Source: a virus
Taxonomy: Duplodnaviria > Heunggongvirae > Uroviricota > Caudoviricetes
Direction: 5' to 3' (one strand)
Virus record (IMG/VR): IMGVR_UViG_3300028583_002208
DNA: 64,000 nucleotides
In this document: positions 59,124 through 64,000 of the stretch, in pieces
Layout: the number at the start of each line of letters is the position of its first letter
How positions within the stretch are numbered: position 1 is the first letter of the stretch
Made by a program: the position numbers and the translations under genes
Notes under the pieces: model-generated
Database searches by the model: none
The model's input: only the letters and a program-made list of their open reading frames with translations
Told to the model about the DNA's origin: nothing

Positions 59124-59435
59124 ATGAAAGAGTTTAAATTTATGAATGGTTGTGAATTAGAAGCAACAAAAGAAGTGTTTCAACTTTTAGAAGGTAATCC
59201 GTTTTGCCATACATGGGGTATGTATAGAGAAGGTGATTTGGAAAAGGTTTGTATTTGTTTCAAGGATATTTCAGGAGAAGAGTATTTACTGGAATGGTAC
59301 AGCAATCAAGAAGACCTTTTTGAAGTTTATTCTGATTTAACAGATATTGATTTGGGTATGGAGTTTTATGATTATAAACTTGTCAAGGATGTAGTAAATT
59401 ACCTAAACAGTTTACCACACTTTAGAAAGATTTAG
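59124..59435 (+). CDS. hypothetical protein
   Basis: 103 aa. Confidence 0.4.
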   Translation: MKEFKFMNGCELEATKEVFQLLEGNPFCHTWGMYREGDLEKVCICFKDISGEEYLLEWYSNQEDLFEVYSDLTDIDLGMEFYDYKLVKDVVNYLNSLPHFRKI

Positions 59436-59451
59436 TCTTGGAGGAGTAGAT

Positions 59452-60261
59452 ATGATCTGGAATAATATCACCTTTCCTGTCAAAGAAGAGTGGAAAGATA
59501 TCGAAGGTTACGAAGGTATTTATAAAGTTAGTAATTATGGCAGGGTGAAGAGTCTGTCCAGAGATATTCACTACCACAGGAACGGAAAAATGACTTCTAT
59601 CTTTAAGAAAGGAAGGTTACTTAAACCCAAGACAGACAAGGATGGTTATAAAGAGTTATGTATGACTTCCTCTGAAGGTATTAGGAAATACAAGAGAGTG
59701 CACCGTATCGTGGCAGAAGCTTTCTTAGAAGAAACTCACATAGATAACGCTGTGATAGACCACATAGATAATACCAAAGACAATAATATTTGGTACAATC
59801 TGCAATGGATGACTTCTACTCAGAATACTATAAAGTATTACGCAGAAGATTACAGTAAAAGTAGAACTTTAAGTTCCTTAACAAAAGAGGAGTTTGCTAG
59901 GATAGGTGAACTTTACAATAAAGGTTTACTTTACCCTGAGATTATAGATGAAATGGGTTTGACGGTAGAAAGTCCCTCCACTTTATGGGAAGTTCTATGT
60001 GGGAGAAGGTTGTCTAGCGTATCTGGTTTTAAAGAGGGAGATTTTAAAACAAGACCTCACCCTACTACGAAATTAACTGAAGATGATGTAGTACAAATAA
60101 TTAAAGAAAGAATTATAGATAAACAAAAGTTAAAAGTGTTGTCAGAGAAATGGGGTGTAGCTGAGTCCATGATAAGTAGATTTACTAAAGGTACTCGACA
60201 ACCTTCCGCTTATATTAAATTCAAAGAAAGGTATAATTATGACAAAGAAAAAGAAGAGTGA
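59452..60261 (+). CDS. HNH homing endonuclease with NUMOD4-type N-terminal module; free-standing, abutting terL exon 1
   Basis: 'IEGYEGIYKVSNYGRVKS' is NUMOD4. 'HRIVAEAF...IDHIDNTKDNNIWYNLQWMTSTQN' is the HNH core. The C-terminal region is HTH-like. Its 3' end overlaps the terL exon-1 start in another frame. Confidence 0.75.
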   Translation: MIWNNITFPVKEEWKDIEGYEGIYKVSNYGRVKSLSRDIHYHRNGKMTSIFKKGRLLKPKTDKDGYKELCMTSSEGIRKYKRVHRIVAEAFLEETHIDNAVIDHIDNTKDNNIWYNLQWMTSTQNTIKYYAEDYSKSRTLSSLTKEEFARIGELYNKGLLYPEIIDEMGLTVESPSTLWEVLCGRRLSSVSGFKEGDFKTRPHPTTKLTEDDVVQIIKERIIDKQKLKVLSEKWGVAESMISRFTKGTRQPSAYIKFKERYNYDKEKEE

Positions 60262-60346
60262 ACCACTCTTCAAACCCGCCAGTGAGAAGCAAGCTCTTAT
60301 TCTTAAAAGGGCTTCTGACACACAGGTGACTATTATTGGTGGAGCT
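60239..60346 (+). CDS. terL: Large terminase subunit TerL, exon 1 (N-terminus up to the first half of Walker A)
   Basis: ATG at 60239 with a GAAAGG RBS. Translation 'MTKKKKSEPLFKPASEKQALILKRASDTQVTIIGGA' then hits TAA. 'Q..L......Q..IIGGA' is the typical TerL region before the P-loop, and it is missing from the ORF track. Confidence 0.7.
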
Positions 60347-60592
60347 TAAAAATCCAGTGGTTCCACATTAAATAACCCTGCTAATTCGATGAAGGCTAAG
60401 TGTACTACATAAGCTAATATCGAGCCGAATGATTAAATTCATGGGTGTAGAGATCAATCGTGATGAGTGTAACGATGTAGGGGCCAAGTGGCTTCCAAAC
60501 GTAGGGCTATGTTATAACATAGAAGATATGATCCGACAACACAGGAAACTGTGGAAAGAGAGTAACGCCTCTAAAACTGATCCTGAAAAATG
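60347..60592 (+). mobile_element. Group I-type intron A in terL (ORF-less, ~246 nt), splitting the Walker A motif
   Basis: Exon 1 ends ...GGA, exon 2 begins (A)GSGKS. P1 forms between exon 'ggagcu' and intron 'gguucc' with a terminal U-G, and the intron ends in G (60592). R-like 'gagaucaa' and S-like 'aagauaugauccg' elements are present. Confidence 0.65.
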
Positions 60593-60928
60593 GCTGGTTC
60601 AGGAAAAAGTTATCTATTGCAAATGATCCCTTTAATGTTAATAGATGATCCCAATTCGGAAATGGTAATGTTCCGTAGAACTAATCCCCAGATAAAAGGT
60701 GCGGGTGGTATATTTAGCACAGGTTGCGGAATATACAATCAGCTCCCTCCTAATATAAGACCAAAGATTAAAACAGGTGACCTAGAAGTTATATTCCCTA
60801 CCAAAGACGAGAAAGGTAGGCGTAGTTATAATGGTGCCAAGATAAAATATCAACAAGCAGAAAATGTAGAACAAAGTAAACTAAATGCCCAAGGTTTGCA
60901 ATGGACTTTTGTTGGTATAGATGAGGGT
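60593..60928 (+). CDS. terL: TerL exon 2 (ATPase: Walker A second half to Walker B)
   Basis: '(A)GSGKSYLLQMIPLM...' completes the P-loop, and '...LQWTFVGIDEG' is Walker B. The frame then hits TAA at 60929. Confidence 0.8.
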
Positions 60929-61182
60929 TAATTGTAGCCCCTTAATGTAGGAATACATTTAGAAAATCCCGTGAATTCAGGGGAAGCCTCTAGTAGGTAA
61001 TCCTGAGCGAAGCTCGAAAGAGAACGTGCAACGACTATCCTGAAAAGGAGTACACAACAAGCTAATGGTTGTGGAAGCGCGGGACACCTAGAACAGGTGA
61101 TGATATAGTCTGAACTTCTATGGTGACATAGAGCAGCCATAATAGGCGGAAGATGACTTGCAAACATCTTTGAACACAATTG
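60929..61182 (+). mobile_element. Group I intron B in terL (ORF-less, ~254 nt), inserted just after Walker B
   Basis: Canonical group IA-type core: R element 'caacgacuauccug' and S element 'gaugauauagucug' (P7 GACUA/UAGUC). A U-G P1 forms between exon 'gggu' and intron 'gccc'. It ends in G (61182). Joining gives '...VGIDEG|TQFEWSQIEYF...'. Confidence 0.75.
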
Positions 61183-62298
61183 ACACAATTCGAATGGAGT
61201 CAGATAGAATATTTCATGTCTCGACTCAGGTCACAATCAAAACATTTCTCCCGTATGGTTATATCTTGTAACCCGTCACCCTCTCATGAGATTAAGAAGA
61301 TGATCTCATTCTACTTGACAGATGACGGATATCCTGACCCTAAAAAGGACGGTTTAGTTAGGTATTTCATACAAAGAGACGGTGAGTACATATGGGGAGA
61401 AACAAGGGAAGAATTAGGAACAAGGTTTGATATTCCTGAAAAAGATTGGGAAAACTTAATTCTATCTTTCAGCTTCGTGAGCGCAAATATTTATGATAAT
61501 CCTCCGATGATTGAGAGCAACCCAGCTTACCTCGGCTTCTTAGAAGGTTTGAATGAAATTGACAAAGCTCAACTATTACATGGTTGCTGGGCAGAATTTG
61601 CATTCGGAAGTAAATACTTTAAACGTGATTGGATAGATCACGTAGATAAAGTACCTACAGATGGTCTCACTGTTAGGGCATACGATTTCGGAGCATCTGA
61701 AAGAACCATGTCAAACAAGAACCCCGATCCAACAGTAAGTATAAAAATGCATAAAAGTAAAGATGGCTATTATACTTTAATGGGTGATTACCACGAAGAC
61801 TTCTATGACAAAGTGGATGATATTCAAGGGGCAATGTATCTCAGTTCTGGGGAAAGGGATAGAGTAATGTTAAAACAGGCTGCATTTGACGGTTCAGAAG
61901 TTTACCTTGTTGGTCCGCAAGATCCTGCTGCGGCTGGAAAAGCCCTTTGGAATCAACAAGCTAAGTACTTTGCAGAAGAAGGTTATATTTATAAAAAAGA
62001 CCCCATGCCTATAACAAAGAATAAACTTACCAAGTTCTTACCTTTTGCAACAAGTGCAGAGAATGGTTTGATACGTATAGTTAAGTCCACTTTTTCAGAG
62101 AACACTTATAATCATATAATGAAACAGTTGGAAAACTTTGATGGTGAAAGATCAACCAAAACCAAAAAGGATGACTTTGCAGATGCTATAGCTTCGGCTT
62201 ACAACTTCCTATCCAAAGAAAGAGTAATCCGCGCCTACAGCCTCCCAGACACCACTTCTCCAACAGCTTACACCTCTTACCGCAAGTCTATCCGATGA
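61183..62298 (+). CDS. terL: TerL exon 3 (ATPase C-motif plus RNase H-like nuclease domain)
   Basis: 'SRMVISCNPSPSHE' is the TerL coupling motif (ISTP-like). 'RAYDFGAS' and 'KDDFADAIASAYNF' carry the nuclease acidic residues. Confidence 0.8.
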   Translation, partial: TQFEWSQIEYFMSRLRSQSKHFSRMVISCNPSPSHEIKKMISFYLTDDGYPDPKKDGLVRYFIQRDGEYIWGETREELGTRFDIPEKDWENLILSFSFVSANIYDNPPMIESNPAYLGFLEGLNEIDKAQLLHGCWAEFAFGSKYFKRDWIDHVDKVPTDGLTVRAYDFGASERTMSNKNPDPTVSIKMHKSKDGYYTLMGDYHEDFYDKVDDIQGAMYLSSGERDRVMLKQAAFDGSEVYLVGPQDPAAAGKALWNQQAKYFAEEGYIYKKDPMPITKNKLTKFLPFATSAENGLIRIVKSTFSENTYNHIMKQLENFDGERSTKTKKDDFADAIASAYNFLSKERVIRAYSLPDTTSPTAYTSYRKSIR

Positions 62299-62443
62299 CG
62301 GGAAGTGGGTTCTGTTGCCAAAATAAACCCCTTGTGTTATAATATCTCTTATAACAAGAATTAATAAAGTTTCCGTAATAATATAACATTGCGGGAACAT
62401 CTACATTTAGGAGAAATGTTCTCCTTTCCTAACAGGAGATACA

Positions 62444-63997
62444 ATGGCTAATAAGACTAGGCGCAGACGGAAGAAAAATAACTCTTCTGAACGTGCTAAC
62501 ATGGCTGCAACAAATGCCACTCCCCCTAATTCAACTCGTGAACAACGTTCCGCTAATAAGCAATTATCCACTGCAGCAATAGAGTTTGTCAAGCGTCAAA
62601 TTGATATCCTTAAACCTTGGGAACTCAGTCGGACGCAACGACTCACCACTTACCAGCAAATGTTAAACGATGATGCAATAGCTACTTGTTTTTCTGCAAG
62701 AAGTATGGCTGTTGCAAAAGCTCAAGCTAAAGGTAAGTTCAAATATGATGTAAACTCAGAAGAGTCACTTCGCATCAAAGAGTTCCTTGAATATAACATG
62801 GAAAACCTTTTTGGACAAACCCCTTTAGTTGTAGGTATGTGTTCTGCTGCAATGATCCGTGATGGATGGTCACCTTTTGAGATGGTGTTTGAAAATGGTG
62901 ATGCAGAATGGAATGATAAGTGGAAGCTTAAAAAACTTGCTTATATCCATCCTCTCACTTTAGATAAGATCACTCCTTGGACAACTACACCTAATGGAGA
63001 CAGAATAACCTCTTTGAATCAATCGCAATCAGCTTTTGAAGGTGTGGATGGTGTTCGTTCAATAGGGTTCAATGGATTCAAAGGTAATACAGGTGTGCAA
63101 CCTATCTCCTTTAATCGAGTAGCTTATTGCTCATATTCATCGACTCCTACACAACCTGCTGGAATTTCAGTATTTGATTCAGCTTATATCCCTTGGAAAG
63201 AGAAACAACTTTTACAAGATTTAACATTGATTGGTGTTCAAAAGGATATGGCGGGTATGCCTGTTCTTGGTGCTCCAAGTTCATTGTTAGCTGCGGCCTC
63301 TGATAACCCAACGGGACCAGAAGCTAGAATGGTTGAACAATTGAAAGATAACCTTGCCAACTTACATGCTGGTGACCAAAGTTATTGTGTTCTTCCAACA
63401 GATACACATTCTGAAAATGGTGCAGGTGCAGCGCAGTTCAAACTTCAATTCTTAGGGATCGAAGGAAGCGGGAAAAACTTTGATATAATGGAATTAGTTG
63501 AACAACGTAAACGTGCAATATACAACTGTTTCGCATGTCAGAATATGTTATCAGGTGAAAACGGTGGCGGAAGTTACAACCTTTTAGAAGGGCAATCTTC
63601 TATACAAGCACACTTTGTTGAACTAGATACCATGATCATAGATGATATGTGGAATAAGCAAATTTTCCCTAAGTTGATGAAACTTAACAATTGGGATTAT
63701 AAAGCTTCGGACATGCCTAAATGGAAAGCGGGTAATGTTCAGAAGATATCTGCTGATGAAGCGGGTAAGCTTGTTTCACGTACAAAGAGTATTCTACCAG
63801 CGCATCCAGACGTTATAAACTATGTTCTCGATATGATGGATGTAGACTACCGTGTTCCAATTGATACACCTGCGGAAGTGTTAAGAGAAATGCTTTTCGA
63901 TATACAGGATAATCAAGGAGAAGATAATGGTGGTACATCAGGATCTGGGAACAATGCACAGGATAATTCAGATGTTAACAATGAAAATGCGGCATAA
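62444..63997 (+). CDS. Portal protein (by synteny and size)
   Basis: 517 aa, immediately downstream of terL. Basic N-terminus and acidic G/S/N/D-rich C-terminal tail are typical of portals. No decisive motif. Confidence 0.5.
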   Translation: MANKTRRRRKKNNSSERANMAATNATPPNSTREQRSANKQLSTAAIEFVKRQIDILKPWELSRTQRLTTYQQMLNDDAIATCFSARSMAVAKAQAKGKFKYDVNSEESLRIKEFLEYNMENLFGQTPLVVGMCSAAMIRDGWSPFEMVFENGDAEWNDKWKLKKLAYIHPLTLDKITPWTTTPNGDRITSLNQSQSAFEGVDGVRSIGFNGFKGNTGVQPISFNRVAYCSYSSTPTQPAGISVFDSAYIPWKEKQLLQDLTLIGVQKDMAGMPVLGAPSSLLAAASDNPTGPEARMVEQLKDNLANLHAGDQSYCVLPTDTHSENGAGAAQFKLQFLGIEGSGKNFDIMELVEQRKRAIYNCFACQNMLSGENGGGSYNLLEGQSSIQAHFVELDTMIIDDMWNKQIFPKLMKLNNWDYKASDMPKWKAGNVQKISADEAGKLVSRTKSILPAHPDVINYVLDMMDVDYRVPIDTPAEVLREMLFDIQDNQGEDNGGTSGSGNNAQDNSDVNNENAA

Positions 63998-64000
63998 TAT

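Noticed and set aside
60429-60626. 65-aa plus-strand ORF
   Set aside because: It lies almost entirely inside terL intron A and runs out of frame into exon 2. It has no RBS and no protein-like composition. It is a by-product of the intron sequence, not an intron-encoded endonuclease.
61180-61182. ORF-track start (TTG) for the TerL C-terminal fragment
   Set aside because: The apparent TTG start sits inside intron B. The true exon 3 begins at 61183 after the 3'-terminal G. This also shows that the ORF track uses alternative start codons, so M in the track is not always ATG.
1-64000. CRISPR arrays or long tandem repeats
   Set aside because: No periodic direct repeats with unique spacers are seen. 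The only repeated non-coding element is the two-copy terminator-promoter cassette at 34.8 and 45.25 kb.

Overview
This is a low-GC (about 35%) segment of a large virulent tailed dsDNA phage genome; no cellular housekeeping genes are present. All calls below come from motifs I recognise by eye in the ORF translations, not from searches.

Positions 1-49,912 form an almost uninterrupted leftward (minus-strand) block of tightly packed, often overlapping genes:
- a partial P-loop ATPase running off the window start;
- two orphan DNA methyltransferases (a beta-class SPPY enzyme and a Dam-like NPPY enzyme);
- a Dda/RecD-like SF1B helicase;
- a PhoH-like ATPase, a ClpP-fold protease and a GH108 muramidase;
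- class Ia ribonucleotide reductase: nrdA interrupted by an intron, plus an NrdB fused to a C-terminal glutaredoxin domain;
- DHFR next to a ThyA-family enzyme;
- a FEN/5'-3' exonuclease and a T7-like ATP-dependent DNA ligase;
- a CCA-adding-enzyme-like nucleotidyltransferase;
- a lipoprotein SPFH/band-7 protein with a small membrane partner, a bactofilin-like repeat protein, and a fusion of a helix-turn-helix domain to a metallophosphoesterase;
- several HNH-type endonucleases;
- two tail-fibre/tailspike genes followed by four small membrane proteins.

Positions 50,076-64,000 form a rightward block:
- small regulators including an XRE-type HTH;
- a GIY-YIG nuclease fusion, a Toprim protein and a DnaQ-like 3'-5' exonuclease;
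- a promoter-driven tRNA pair (Arg-UCU, Gly-UCC);
- the packaging module: a candidate small terminase, an HNH homing endonuclease, the large terminase and the portal.

The most striking feature is three ORF-less group I-type intervening sequences, each about 250 nt. One interrupts nrdA exactly at the codon for the catalytic thiyl-radical cysteine. Two interrupt terL, the first splitting the Walker A P-loop. Their core elements suggest two intron lineages. Strand-switch regions carry divergent sigma70-like promoters (around 9.9 kb and 50 kb), and a duplicated promoter-hairpin cassette occurs at 34.8 kb and 45.25 kb.
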